A stretch of DNA of 64,000 bases from Bdellovibrionales bacterium (GTDB lineage Bacteria; Bdellovibrionota; Bdellovibrionia; Bdellovibrionales; JAUICD01): assembly GCA_965262715.1 (NCBI GenBank), contig OZ253553.1:2176001-2240000 (forward strand), written 5' to 3'. Both the position numbers and the translations under genes were made by a program. The notes under the pieces are model-generated. The model searched no databases and was not told where the DNA came from. It saw only the letters and a list, made by a program, of their open reading frames with translations. Shown here in pieces: positions 9,852 to 19,855 of the stretch. How positions within the stretch are numbered: the stretch's first letter is position 1; each line of letters begins with the position of its first letter.

Positions 9852-10724
9852 CTAATCAATAGCTTTAATTACTTCAGCACATCTATAACAAACATGTTCT
9901 GACTTCTTATAACTCTCTATAAGACTTCTTGTATGGCCATCTGTTATCTTTCCATATTTTCCTATCTCTTCAACTTTTGATATAAAACTAAAAAGAGAAG
10001 GTATCCTATTTAACAAAGCAAGATGATTGATACTTTGTTGAAATGTACGAGAAGTCATCATGTCTAGATCTCTCATAAAGTGGTTAATACCATCTATTTT
10101 TTCTTTTTTACATACATCTAAAAAATCAGTAACAGTCATCTTATTAATATTTAAGTGTTGTGCAGAAGCTTTATCATTATCTGTGTTTTGAATTAACCGG
10201 GGGTTAATACCAGTAACCAATTTAATAATATAATCAATATCAATGTCATTTGCAGAACAATCATATATAAGCTCACTATCAGTATATTTATTTCTAATTT
10301 TGTTATTGATTCTTTTTAGTTCCGCAAAAAACTTTAGAACGTCATCTCGAGGTATCTCTTTTGCATTTTGTATATCTTTATCATAAGGATTAAATCTATG
10401 TGCAAAAACGTTTCTTAAATACTTTAGTCTCTTCCTCATTTGACTGATATTGCATATCTCATCTTCAAAGTCATCAAGACCTTCAATATATTCTTTTAAA
10501 TTTTTTACAAAATCATCTAATTCTATTATAAAAAAATCTGCCAACAAATCTAAAAAAATATATAAGACCTCGTTATTTGGAAGTGGCCCTAGTTGTTGAG
10601 AAGCTATTAATTCATTAAGTTTTTTATGATATTTTATAAGAGGCTTATAAAATTTTTGAATTTTAATAAGATAGTCTTCAAATTTTTCTAAAGAAAAAGA
10701 CTCCTTTTTTTTATTACGTTTCAT
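9852..10724 (-). CDS. Hypothetical protein with possible HEPN motif
   Basis: Helical protein containing LRNVFAH (R-x4-H). Confidence 0.45.
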   Translation of the reverse strand: MKRNKKKESFSLEKFEDYLIKIQKFYKPLIKYHKKLNELIASQQLGPLPNNEVLYIFLDLLADFFIIELDDFVKNLKEYIEGLDDFEDEICNISQMRKRLKYLRNVFAHRFNPYDKDIQNAKEIPRDDVLKFFAELKRINNKIRNKYTDSELIYDCSANDIDIDYIIKLVTGINPRLIQNTDNDKASAQHLNINKMTVTDFLDVCKKEKIDGINHFMRDLDMMTSRTFQQSINHLALLNRIPSLFSFISKVEEIGKYGKITDGHTRSLIESYKKSEHVCYRCAEVIKAID

Positions 10725-10842
10725 TCCTTTTGTCCTCTATGTTTCACTACCATATACCACTCAAAGTTATAACACAAAAAACTAAAACCCTTTATACATT
10801 ATGACATCGATCATTTGTTAGCACTTCTTCTAAAAAGAACTT

Positions 10843-11268
10843 CTAGAGAAAGTCTTCAAAGATGTAAAGATTTTTAAAACTTTCTACAACTGCAAGAAGA
10901 GCATACACATTCTCATAACGAGTAGAAAGGTATAAATGTGCTCTTCTTAACCTTTCAAATTGCTGGCTATACTTAACTCTTTCTAACATTTCAAAAGAGC
11001 TTACAGACTTCACCTCAATAATAAAGAATCCTGAAGGATGCCTCATAAAAAGATCTATTTCAGCAAAAGGAGTTTTAAGATGTTTTTCGATAAGAGAAAA
11101 ACCTTGCTTTTCAAAGTGTAACTGAACACACTGTTCAGCGATTTTCCATCGAGGTGATGTGCTCCTTAACTCCTGCAAAGGTTTTTCGATGTTGGAAACA
11201 GGGGCCAAATTGGGATATAGCCTCTTTGTGTTTTTTTGTCGCATACCCTTTATGAATGTCAAAACCAT
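10843..11268 (-). CDS. yraN: YraN-family putative endonuclease (true start probably downstream of 11268)
   Basis: AEIDLF...FIIEVKS; follows rnhB as usual. Confidence 0.8.
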   Translation of the reverse strand: MVLTFIKGMRQKNTKRLYPNLAPVSNIEKPLQELRSTSPRWKIAEQCVQLHFEKQGFSLIEKHLKTPFAEIDLFMRHPSGFFIIEVKSVSSFEMLERVKYSQQFERLRRAHLYLSTRYENVYALLAVVESFKNLYIFEDFL

Positions 11269-11797
11269 AACTTGGATACTCCCTTGCTAAAGTCAACATC
11301 TTTTGATCTCTAGTCACTTTTGCCATAATAGAAGCTGCTGCAATAGGAGTAGCCCTTAACTCCCCTTTAATCAAGGGAATCTGGTCAAACCCATTTAAAT
11401 TTGGGATGGGAAATTTCCCGTCTATAAGAAGTGTCCCATAAAAAACATTCAGTTTTAAAACTGCCCGCCTCATTGCTAACAAAGAAGCTTGCAAGATATT
11501 TATAGTATCGATTTCTACACGTGTGGCAAAACCAATAGCAAAGCTTTGACGAGCCATAATATCTTTTGCTAAATACTGCCTCCGATCTGGAGAAAGCAGC
11601 TTGGAGTCTGTATAGTCCTCTATTCCAGATAAGTCCTTCAAAATTACTGCTGCTGCGCAAACTGGACCCGCCAGACACCCTCTGCCAGCCTCATCAACTC
11701 CTATCACTGGAGAAGGAAGTTTTTCCCAATTTAGCCTATCCCAAGCTGATTTATTGATCTTCTTTGCCATTATGAAATAAGGTAGTAGCCCCAACAC
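11135..11797 (-). CDS. rnhB: Ribonuclease HII
   Basis: GVDEAGRGCLAGPV, DSKLL, IAAASIMAKVTRD, HKGY...H. Confidence 0.97.
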   Translation of the reverse strand: MLGLLPYFIMAKKINKSAWDRLNWEKLPSPVIGVDEAGRGCLAGPVCAAAVILKDLSGIEDYTDSKLLSPDRRQYLAKDIMARQSFAIGFATRVEIDTINILQASLLAMRRAVLKLNVFYGTLLIDGKFPIPNLNGFDQIPLIKGELRATPIAAASIMAKVTRDQKMLTLAREYPSYGFDIHKGYATKKHKEAISQFGPCFQHRKTFAGVKEHITSMENR

Positions 11798-11839
11798 ATC
11801 TTATTTGCAAATAATGACTCAAATATCTACTTTTAATTC

Positions 11840-11896
11840 AAAATGTCGTGAAAAATTGTAAAAATGTCGCAATAACAGTTTTCACGACAATTTTAA
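11840..11896. repeat. 57-bp palindromic element, copy 1 (TGTCGTGAAAA...TTTTCACGACA)
   Basis: Second copy at 15564-15620 with 4 differences; internal inverted repeat. Confidence 0.85.
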
Positions 11897-11944
11897 TGTA
11901 TAATATTCACAGAATCTAAGAAACCTCAAAAAAGGGTTATATCA

Positions 11945-13356
11945 ATGTCTAGAAAAAGTATCACTCAAAAACAAGAATTAGAAAGTATTAGAGATATTTT
12001 AAAAAGTTTTCCGAGAGGGGCTTCTATAGAAGAAATAGAGCAAGAAACCGCAGGTTTAGGCCTAAAATGGACTCGAAGAACACTACAAAGGCGTCTTACT
12101 CTTTTATCTCAACGTAAAGAGATTGTTACAAAAGGCCTATCTCGCAGTATGAGATACTATCTGGCTGAATTAGCAAACAAACCTAAAATCACTACAGATG
12201 AATTAGATATACCGCTTTCAAGATCTGCTCAAAATCTCCTGGATTTAGTTAAACGTCCACTATTAAAAAGAGAACCTGTAACTTACCATCGTTCATTTTT
12301 AGAGTCTTACCAACCTAATAAAGATAGTTACCTAACACCTGCCCAAATAAAAAAATTAAGTCAACTGGGTCGAATCCAAACTCCTATTCAACCTATTGGT
12401 ACATACTCCAAGGATATTTTAGACCGCTTGTTGATTGATTTTTCATGGAATTCTAGTCGCCTTGAAGGAAACACTATTCTTTGCTAGAAACACAGAGACT
12501 ACTAGAATTTAATGAACGAGCTGATGGTAAACAGGCTAAGGAAGCTCAAATGATTCTTAATCATAAATATGCGATAAGATATCTTATTCAACCACCAGAC
12601 GAAAATATACCACCAGATCAAAATATAGGATTTAATTGCTATACAATTCTCAATTTACACGCATTGTTATCTAATAACTTATTATCATCTCGTGATTCAG
12701 GCACTTTACGTAAGAAGATTGTGAAGGTTAGCCATTCCACTTATAAACCATTAACAATTCCACAGATGATATCTGAATTATTTGATCTTATACTAAAAAA
12801 AGCAAGTCAAATTAAAAATCCCTATGAACAATCTTTTTTTATTATGGTTCATCTCCCTTATTTACAGCCTTTTGCAGATGTTAATAAACGTGTCTCTCGT
12901 TTAGCAGCAAATATTCCTTTTATTAAAAATCAGCTAGCACCTTTATCATTTATTCATGTACCTCAAGAAATTTACGTACAAGGCCTACTAGGTGTATATG
13001 AAATGAGACGTATATTTTTATTAAGAGATGTTTTTTTATGGGCTTATGAGCATTCTGCTAAACAATACAACGTTTTAAGTGATGTAGATAGCGGAAAACC
13101 AGATATTTTCCGTCTTAGATATCATAAAAAAATTACTCTACTTATATCCTCTTTAGTTCATCAAGCATTAAAACCAAAAAAAGCTTCAGTTAAAATTAAA
13201 TTAGAGTCAAAAAAACTTCCGAAAACAGATCAAACAAGGTTTGTAGAAATAATTGAGTCAGAGCTTTTGTCTCTACATGAAGGTAATTGTGCACGTTACA
13301 ACATTCAACTCTTAGAGCTTGAACATTGGAAAAAAATTTGGTCAAAAAAATCTTAA
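11945..13356 (+). pseudogene. HTH-Fic family protein with a single-base frameshift at ~12475 (real or sequencing error)
   Basis: SWNSSRLEGNT continues in another frame as (Y)SLLETQRLL; Fic motif QPFADVNKRVSRL; N-terminal HTH-like RRTLQRRL. Confidence 0.85.
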
Positions 13357-13368
13357 AGGTAACTTTCT

Positions 13369-15501
13369 ATGGAAAACCCAATAAATATAATCAATCAAAG
13401 AAATAAAGAAGAATTAGAAAGATCTAAAAAAGAAATAGATAATTTTATTTTAGAATATGACCCTATTGAAACTCTTTTTTATATATCTCAGTATTATTAT
13501 ACATCTCAAGACTCTAACAAAATTGAAGAAAAAATAGAACTGCCCATAGTGAATTTTTTATTCAATATGTATTTAAAGCAAAAAGATTTAAAAAATAAAA
13601 AACCATCACAAAATGATATTAAGCAGTTAAAAGATACACTGATCAACTACTGTCGTGCTTTTCAACATTTAATAAGGTATAAAAATAATAACAACTCCTG
13701 GCTTCCTAAAGATAACTTTTTATATCTTTCGCAGGAGCAATACATTCTAAGCTTAACTCAACCTGAAATATATCTCCATCAGTTAGAAGAAAGGTTTAAA
13801 AGTTTATTTTTAAATATAAATGAAGATTTTTGTAAAGAGTTTGGGTTCAGTCCTCTAAGCGCATATTTATTTGCAGAAACAATAGGACATATCTATAGCA
13901 AAAAAATTAAAACTTCTAGCACAAATTTTTTATTTACTAAAGATGATATAGAAAATTTTCTAAATGCTGACCTTCCCGAAAAAAGAAGATATATTTTTAG
14001 AAAAGAACTCAATGCCTATCTTAAGAGTTTTTCTATTAAGGTAGGAGAAGGAAATTCTAATTATGATTCTTTATTAGATGAAGATATATCTTGGCAAAAA
14101 CCTATAATAAAAACACGAAATAGGTATTTAGGGATAAATATTCTTCAAGCTGAATATGGTATAATTAACCAATTAGAATGCTTAATTAAAAATAACAAAG
14201 AGAACAATACAACTTTATGGAAAAAATATAATAATGCAAAAAGTAAATACGCAGAAGACTTGGCTTACAAAAGTTTTCAAAAAATTTTCAAAAATCGAGT
14301 TTATAAAAATTTAAAATATCAATATAAAGGTAAGGATTGTGAACTTGATATTTTAATAGAATATGACAACAAGATCATCTTAGCTGAAGTGAAATCTGGC
14401 TCTTTAAGATATAAAGCAAAGGCCGGACATAAAAAAGAATTAGAAACAGGCTTAGAAAGGGTTCTTGGAAAAGCTTATGAACAAGCTAAAAGAGCTTCTG
14501 ATTATATTTTAAGTGAAGATCAACCTATCTTCTATCAAGGTAATAAACCTATCAGTCTCAAAAAATCAAACCATCTAGAGATCTTCTCTATTTGCATTGG
14601 CCTAGAAAATCTAATGATGATCACACAGAATTTAAAAACAGCTAAACTAGAAAATCTATTTAAAGAAAACCAATATCCTTGGGCTGTTAATCTTCTAGAG
14701 TTAGAAATTATTCTAAATCATATAGAATACCCTTCTTTATTTCTACATTACATAAAGGCCAGATTAGAAGCACAAAAACAAGATCAACAAATCATTTTCA
14801 CAACAGATGAACTCAGTTACTTTGGATTCTATCTAACAGCAAGTCCTCATGGTGGTTTCCATTTTAAAGATAATTACAATGTTGTATTTCTTCCTCCACA
14901 ATGGATTGAACCTTTTGACAAATATTATTGTACAAATGATCTTGATCCTCAAAAACAGCCTAAGCTTAACTTAGACTCTAGATTGAGAAGATTTATCAAA
15001 GAATGGGATCTTTTATATTCTCAAGGCAACCTGTTTTCTATTCATGGAGAAGATTTAAGAGAGCTTGCACAAAGTCCCAAACCAGCCACTCTTAAAAAAT
15101 TATTAAGAAAAAATCAAGGCCATATAGGTCACTCAGATATTATTTATTGGTTATTGTATTTTAATTCGTCCACTATAAAAGAAATTTTTGATTTAATAGA
15201 AAATTATACAAAAGATACAGAGAAAAACAAAAGACCTCATAGTTTATTTTTAGATGCAAACCCATTCTGTCTAACCTTCCATTCTCAGTATCAAGAAGAA
15301 GGTCTTCAAAAAAATATGCTAAGTTATGGTCTCACCAAAAAATATGAATTCAAAAAAGATTTATTATTAAGCCTAGGGACATACATAAGCCCTCAAAGTT
15401 CACAAATGATCAATGAAATTATGATTCTTGATTTTCCTTACAAGAAAGATTCAAAAATGCAAGAGCATCTTAATCTGTTGAAAAAATATAAAAAGAGTTA
15501 A
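13369..15501 (+). CDS. Large protein with NERD/PD-(D/E)xK nuclease-like domain
   Basis: YAEDL...ELDILIEYDNKIILAEVKS...KAYEQAKR. Confidence 0.6.
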   Translation: MENPINIINQRNKEELERSKKEIDNFILEYDPIETLFYISQYYYTSQDSNKIEEKIELPIVNFLFNMYLKQKDLKNKKPSQNDIKQLKDTLINYCRAFQHLIRYKNNNNSWLPKDNFLYLSQEQYILSLTQPEIYLHQLEERFKSLFLNINEDFCKEFGFSPLSAYLFAETIGHIYSKKIKTSSTNFLFTKDDIENFLNADLPEKRRYIFRKELNAYLKSFSIKVGEGNSNYDSLLDEDISWQKPIIKTRNRYLGINILQAEYGIINQLECLIKNNKENNTTLWKKYNNAKSKYAEDLAYKSFQKIFKNRVYKNLKYQYKGKDCELDILIEYDNKIILAEVKSGSLRYKAKAGHKKELETGLERVLGKAYEQAKRASDYILSEDQPIFYQGNKPISLKKSNHLEIFSICIGLENLMMITQNLKTAKLENLFKENQYPWAVNLLELEIILNHIEYPSLFLHYIKARLEAQKQDQQIIFTTDELSYFGFYLTASPHGGFHFKDNYNVVFLPPQWIEPFDKYYCTNDLDPQKQPKLNLDSRLRRFIKEWDLLYSQGNLFSIHGEDLRELAQSPKPATLKKLLRKNQGHIGHSDIIYWLLYFNSSTIKEIFDLIENYTKDTEKNKRPHSLFLDANPFCLTFHSQYQEEGLQKNMLSYGLTKKYEFKKDLLLSLGTYISPQSSQMINEIMILDFPYKKDSKMQEHLNLLKKYKKS

Positions 15502-15563
15502 TAACTCTCTTATACAAAAACCCGGTAAAGTTTTACTAGATATCCAATAGATGCGGTTTTCAA

Positions 15564-15620
15564 AAAATGTCGTGAAAAATTGCAAAAATGTCGTAATCAT
15601 AGTTTTCACGACAATTTTAA
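15564..15620. repeat. 57-bp palindromic element, copy 2
   Basis: Direct repeat of 11840-11896. Confidence 0.85.
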
Positions 15621-15672
15621 CAATTTCATTTATGGTCTTGACTTAAAATATTCATAAAAATAACAATAACAT

Positions 15673-16371
15673 ATGGCTAACTATATAAATCCTATTATTG
15701 TTTGTCTTGTAGCAGTATTAATAACAGGTTGTGTAACTCACCCAGGCTTTTATAGAGCATCTCTAAAATCTAGAATGAATAACAAATTTCACTATAATGT
15801 ACAACGTTCAGATTCTTACTGTCCAAAGACAGATGAAAAAGGTCGCCATGTTAAAAGCGAAGATGGCTATAAATATCAAGAGGTCTGCACTGACTCTAAT
15901 GGAAACAAATTATACTTAAGTAAACAAAAAGCTATTTCAGGTCTCGCTGAAATTGTTAAAGCGGAATGCGAAAAGCAAAATCTTAAATACAAGTTTGTAG
16001 GACAGGAAAATATTAAAGAATTTGTTAAAATGAGTGATTCTCGTTGTCGCACTAAAGTAACAGAAGATGAAAATACCTCTAGTTATGGCATCCAAAGAGA
16101 ACGAGGGGTTAAAGACTTCAGAGGCAGAGTAGTAGAAAAAGAGCCTTCTAATTATGACCGCCGAAGAAGGAAGAGGCTCAGAAACAGAGCAAGAGAGAAT
16201 AAAGATTATACATCTAGTTATGGCCATGGCCGCTTATATGAAGATTCAGGTACTGCTAACTATCAGAATTCTAATACCTCAAAAACAGGATATTCAACTA
16301 CAACTTGCTCAGAAAGTTTTCCCATCTATCGCCATAGCACTGATTTACATTATTTATGTGAGTCAAAATAA
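15673..16371 (+). CDS. Hypothetical lipoprotein
   Basis: Lipobox-like LITGC; several Cys; Arg-rich segment. Confidence 0.6.
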   Translation: MANYINPIIVCLVAVLITGCVTHPGFYRASLKSRMNNKFHYNVQRSDSYCPKTDEKGRHVKSEDGYKYQEVCTDSNGNKLYLSKQKAISGLAEIVKAECEKQNLKYKFVGQENIKEFVKMSDSRCRTKVTEDENTSSYGIQRERGVKDFRGRVVEKEPSNYDRRRRKRLRNRARENKDYTSSYGHGRLYEDSGTANYQNSNTSKTGYSTTTCSESFPIYRHSTDLHYLCESK

Positions 16372-16374
16372 TCT

Positions 16375-16689
16375 CTACATTAGGCTTTTATTATTTTCTA
16401 TCGTCTGGAACTGGACATTTACAAAATTAACAATTTCACTTTCATCAATAGCTTGCTCTATAATACACTCATCAAAGCTTTTTAATTCTTTAGCTACAAA
16501 ATCAATAGCATGATGCTCAGAATTAAATGAAGCTAAAATACTTTTTTCATGTATTACAAGATATTTACCCTTATATTTTGGGTTTTCTAAGACTTCTTTT
16601 AGATGCTCTTCATACCATTGAGTATTCTCTTTTTGCCTATCTGTAAGGTCAAACATAAACCACCTTTTATTTTTATAATCTATACTCAC
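16375..16689 (-). CDS. Small hypothetical protein (DUF5678-like)
   Basis: WYEEHLKEVL..KYKGKYLVIHEKSIL pattern. Confidence 0.45.
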   Translation of the reverse strand: MSIDYKNKRWFMFDLTDRQKENTQWYEEHLKEVLENPKYKGKYLVIHEKSILASFNSEHHAIDFVAKELKSFDECIIEQAIDESEIVNFVNVQFQTIENNKSLM

Positions 16690-16988
16690 TTTTTATAAAC
16701 GTACAAGCTTTTTTATCAATTTTTTGGAATAATGCAAGAAAAACCAAACGTCTAAAAATAACCAAAATAGATGAAGAAATAACTAGAGATAAGACTAAGC
16801 TCATAACTGACTTCCTTAAATATAAGTTTATAGTATTTATCGGCACTTAATTAAGACAGGCCATCCTTAAATTCTCAAAATTATGCTTTAGAATAATCTG
16901 TATTGCCTTAAAATAACTCATCTCTTTCTTATCTTTCCTTATTCCGAGGTAATTCCTTAATCAACCGAATTTACAGACAAGATTTGAC

Positions 16989-17019
16989 TTAATGTACACT
17001 TAAGTTAAGTGTACATTAA
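16989..17019. promoter_or_regulatory. Perfect 15-bp inverted repeat, probable operator of the Phd antitoxin gene
   Basis: TTAATGTACACTTAA-G-TTAAGTGTACATTAA, adjacent to TTGACT and 18 bp before the ATG. Confidence 0.7.
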
Positions 17020-17037
17020 TAGAAATTAAGGTGTTCT

Positions 17038-17334
17038 ATGAAACTTTCAAAGACAAAGACCATAACTCAACTTAGAAACTCACTTTTTAAGACTTTTGAT
17101 GAAGTGATTGAAGGGCAATCTCAAGTTGTTATGCACAAAAAAGGTGATATGGTAGCAATAGTTCCCATACATGAAATAGAAAGGCTTGAAGATGAAATCA
17201 AGCTTCATAAAAATCTTGCTATTGGCTATGCTCAAGCTTTAAGAGGAGAAGGAATTTCTACTCAGACCTTAAAAAGGAGACTTAAAGAAAAGGAAAAAGA
17301 TTTGAGAAAAGATATAGTAAAAGTGGACATCTAA
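17038..17334 (+). CDS. Phd/YefM-family antitoxin
   Basis: TITQLRNSLFKTFDEV..GQSQVVMHKKG.MVAIVP. Confidence 0.75.
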   Translation: MKLSKTKTITQLRNSLFKTFDEVIEGQSQVVMHKKGDMVAIVPIHEIERLEDEIKLHKNLAIGYAQALRGEGISTQTLKRRLKEKEKDLRKDIVKVDI

Positions 17335-17434
17335 ATCCGAAGATGATTTAAGAGAAATGGCTGAATACATTACAAAAAATTTCAATGTCGGCTGGCTGCC
17401 AAAAAGTAGCTACAGCATTTTTAGCGATTTATAG
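17321..17434 (+). pseudogene. Truncated RelE/ParE-type toxin remnant
   Basis: Frame overlapping the antitoxin stop reads KWTSKSEDDLREMAEYITKNFN, like a ParE N-terminus, then stops. Confidence 0.55.
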
Positions 17435-17984
17435 AGCAAGAAAAAAGAGTAAATGGCTTATGGCTGAAATGGAATTCTACAAACAAGACAATATTGATGA
17501 AAATCTATTCAAGGATGTCAAATGCCTAGCTGATAAAATTCTAAACCATTTGAATAAACCAAAAATTCGTGAAAAAATCTGTGAAGCTAATAAACTTGGA
17601 AATAACAGTCAGCAGATTCAAAAGGTTTTCCAAGGATATCTTGAATCGTTAGATTTTTCATCAGAGAAAAAAGGCTTATTTAAAGATACTCCAAATAAGT
17701 CACTTAGACCGGATTTTTTTAAAGAAATTGACTCATATAATGGTATATTAATTGAGGTTGAGAGGGGGAAGACCACAATCAATAACATGGATATGCTTGA
17801 TTTCTGGAAGTGTCATATTTGCCCAAAAGCAAACTTTCTTTTTTTATTTGTTCCCATAAAACTGCGTCAAAATAATAAAGATAAACCTCGTGATGAGTTC
17901 AAGACTGTAAAAGGCCGTATAGAATCCTTCTTCAATGAAGATACTTATACCAATGTAAAAGCCGTTTTCCTATTTGGATATTAA
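17385..17984 (+). CDS. Restriction-endonuclease-like PD-(D/E)xK protein (probable start 17460)
   Basis: LRPDFF...GILIEVERG. Confidence 0.5.
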   Translation: MSAGCQKVATAFLAIYRARKKSKWLMAEMEFYKQDNIDENLFKDVKCLADKILNHLNKPKIREKICEANKLGNNSQQIQKVFQGYLESLDFSSEKKGLFKDTPNKSLRPDFFKEIDSYNGILIEVERGKTTINNMDMLDFWKCHICPKANFLFLFVPIKLRQNNKDKPRDEFKTVKGRIESFFNEDTYTNVKAVFLFGY

Positions 17985-18417
17985 CAAAGGTGACAAGCTC
18001 TCTTTAGTATAGTGCTCTATTGTTTAATGCCAATTCAAAGTTGAGTGATCATAAGTATACACTACAAATATAAAATTAAGTTTTTTTTAAAATATACTTT
18101 TAAAAACCTGTCTAGCTGATTAAAATATAAGGGTTTTATAAGATAAATGTCAGGTTTTATCAAAAAAAATCAATGTAGTGTATATTTTTAATCACGAAGT
18201 CAGGAGATTCAATTTAACCTATAAAATAACAGAGGATAAAAGATACTTATTAAAATATTCCCAAATGAGGTTAAAAATGACTTCTTTTGAGTCGACATAA
18301 GAATAATTCACTAGCACAAAACTGAAATAGAAGTTAAAATAATCTTGACATCAAGAAACTCCATATGATATGCAACAGGTAGTTTTTTTGAGGTACTTAA
18401 AGATATAAGGAGATAAC

Positions 18418-18870
18418 ATGATAACGGCTTTAGATGTTTCTGAATATTTTTTAAAAGGATTAAGTGAGCCAGATGAAGGTGATATTATTTCCAATTTAAA
18501 GCTTCAAAAATTGCTTTATTACGCTCAAGGTATCCATCTAGCAAAATATGATGAACCTTTATTCAAAGATGAAATTGTTCATTGGCAACTTGGGCCTGTC
18601 GTTAAATCAGTGTATAAAAAATATAAAGAATATAATAATAAAGCATTAATTATACCAGATGAAATAGAGAATATTTCAAATTTTTCTAACACACATAAAG
18701 ACAGCATCAGGCTAACCTATAATAACTATGGCCAGTACTCTGCTTGGGTATTAAGTCAAAAAACACATCAAGAGGACCCATGGAAAAACACAGATCAGGA
18801 TGACATTATTACAAAAACGGCTATAAAAACATTTTTTAAGGTAGAGTTACCACGCTTAGGTGTTATTTAA
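18418..18870 (+). CDS. Panacea (DUF4065/SocA-like) antitoxin
   Basis: ISNLKLQKLLYYAQG...LF.DEI.HWQLGPVV..VY...SAWVLSQKTHQEDPW. Confidence 0.9.
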   Translation: MITALDVSEYFLKGLSEPDEGDIISNLKLQKLLYYAQGIHLAKYDEPLFKDEIVHWQLGPVVKSVYKKYKEYNNKALIIPDEIENISNFSNTHKDSIRLTYNNYGQYSAWVLSQKTHQEDPWKNTDQDDIITKTAIKTFFKVELPRLGVI

Positions 18871-19273
18871 AAAGTTGATTAACCCCTCAAAATATCTCCA
18901 AAAAGAATCAGTAAGTTTCCAAGAAACTCCAAGCTTTCAAAAAAGCCCCAATACGCTTAAACCCTACTTCGATTTTCAATATATCGATCGTAAAAATATA
19001 AAAAAAATAGCAAAAGAAGACTGGGAACAATTCACGAAAAAGCTAAGAATGTTAAAAGATCGTTCATGGGATGAAATAAATTCAAGCTCCAAAGGTCAAT
19101 TTGGATATGAAACTATACCAATAAAAAACCTTAGAAAGCCCCTAAACAATCCATTTGATGAAAACAAAGTCTATGTGTTTAAGTATTCTCAAAAAGGAAG
19201 ATTTTTAGGGTATAAAAAGCAAGATATTTTTTATATCATAAAAGTAGACCCAACTCATGAATATGATAAATAA
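18860..19273 (+). CDS. Putative cognate toxin, RelE-like fold
   Basis: Overlaps the Panacea gene; FDFQYID...W.EI...GYETIP...VFKYSQKGRFLGYK...FYIIKVDPTHEY. Confidence 0.6.
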   Translation: MLFKKLINPSKYLQKESVSFQETPSFQKSPNTLKPYFDFQYIDRKNIKKIAKEDWEQFTKKLRMLKDRSWDEINSSSKGQFGYETIPIKNLRKPLNNPFDENKVYVFKYSQKGRFLGYKKQDIFYIIKVDPTHEYDK

Positions 19274-19370
19274 ACTAAAAATTAGCTTATAAGCTTTAAG
19301 AATTCTAAAAAACGTCTTTAAGAGTGAGGATTTCAAAGATTAACTCTAAAACCTCACTCTTTGAGAGAAA

Positions 19371-19790
19371 TGGCTGACGATAAGCCGGATTCTGTAAAAT
19401 CAAAAAAAGACGTCATATCTCTCACACTTTTGACTTTTGCATCCATTCATCTGGGAGATACATTACTGCATCCCTCAGAGCCACAGGCTCGTAGAGCTAC
19501 AAGCTCATAGAGCCTAAGCTTGCAGAGCCATAAGCTCATGCGATCAACCCGAAAGCAGGTGCTGGCTACACTTTTTATGCTCTCCTATTTGATCTTGCTT
19601 CGCACAGAGTTTAGCTGGTTTCACTACAGCAATTGTTTCCTTAAAAGGAAACAATCCTGTACATACTTTCTGTTCCACTTGTCCTCACTTTACAGTGGAG
19701 GGGCGTTACCCCTTGTGCTGCCATACGAAGTCCGGACTTTCCTCTCTGCTATACCAAACGACATAACAGAGCGAATGCATATCAACCGCC
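19371..19790 (-). ncRNA. rnpB: RNase P RNA (type A) with an inserted hairpin array; ends approximate
   Basis: Minus strand has GAGGAAAGTCCGGAC, AGTGGAACAGAAA, GAAACC...GAAGCAAG, AGATGAATG and ACAGAATCCGGCTTAT conserved regions. Confidence 0.95.
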
Positions 19791-19855
19791 TATTTATAGT
19801 AACAATTTTTACTGAATTTGACAAGGTTTAAGGTTTGGTTTTGGCCATACTATTT

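Noticed and set aside
9840..9900. Cobalamin riboswitch upstream of the BtuF-like gene
   Set aside because: Only 12 bp of intergenic space and no B12-box seen, so the substrate (B12 or iron chelate) is unresolved.
11945..19273. Prophage or integron
   Set aside because: No integrase, phage structural genes or recurring attC-like sites were recognised.
19520..19831. 103-aa ORF
   Set aside because: Antisense to rnpB; spurious.
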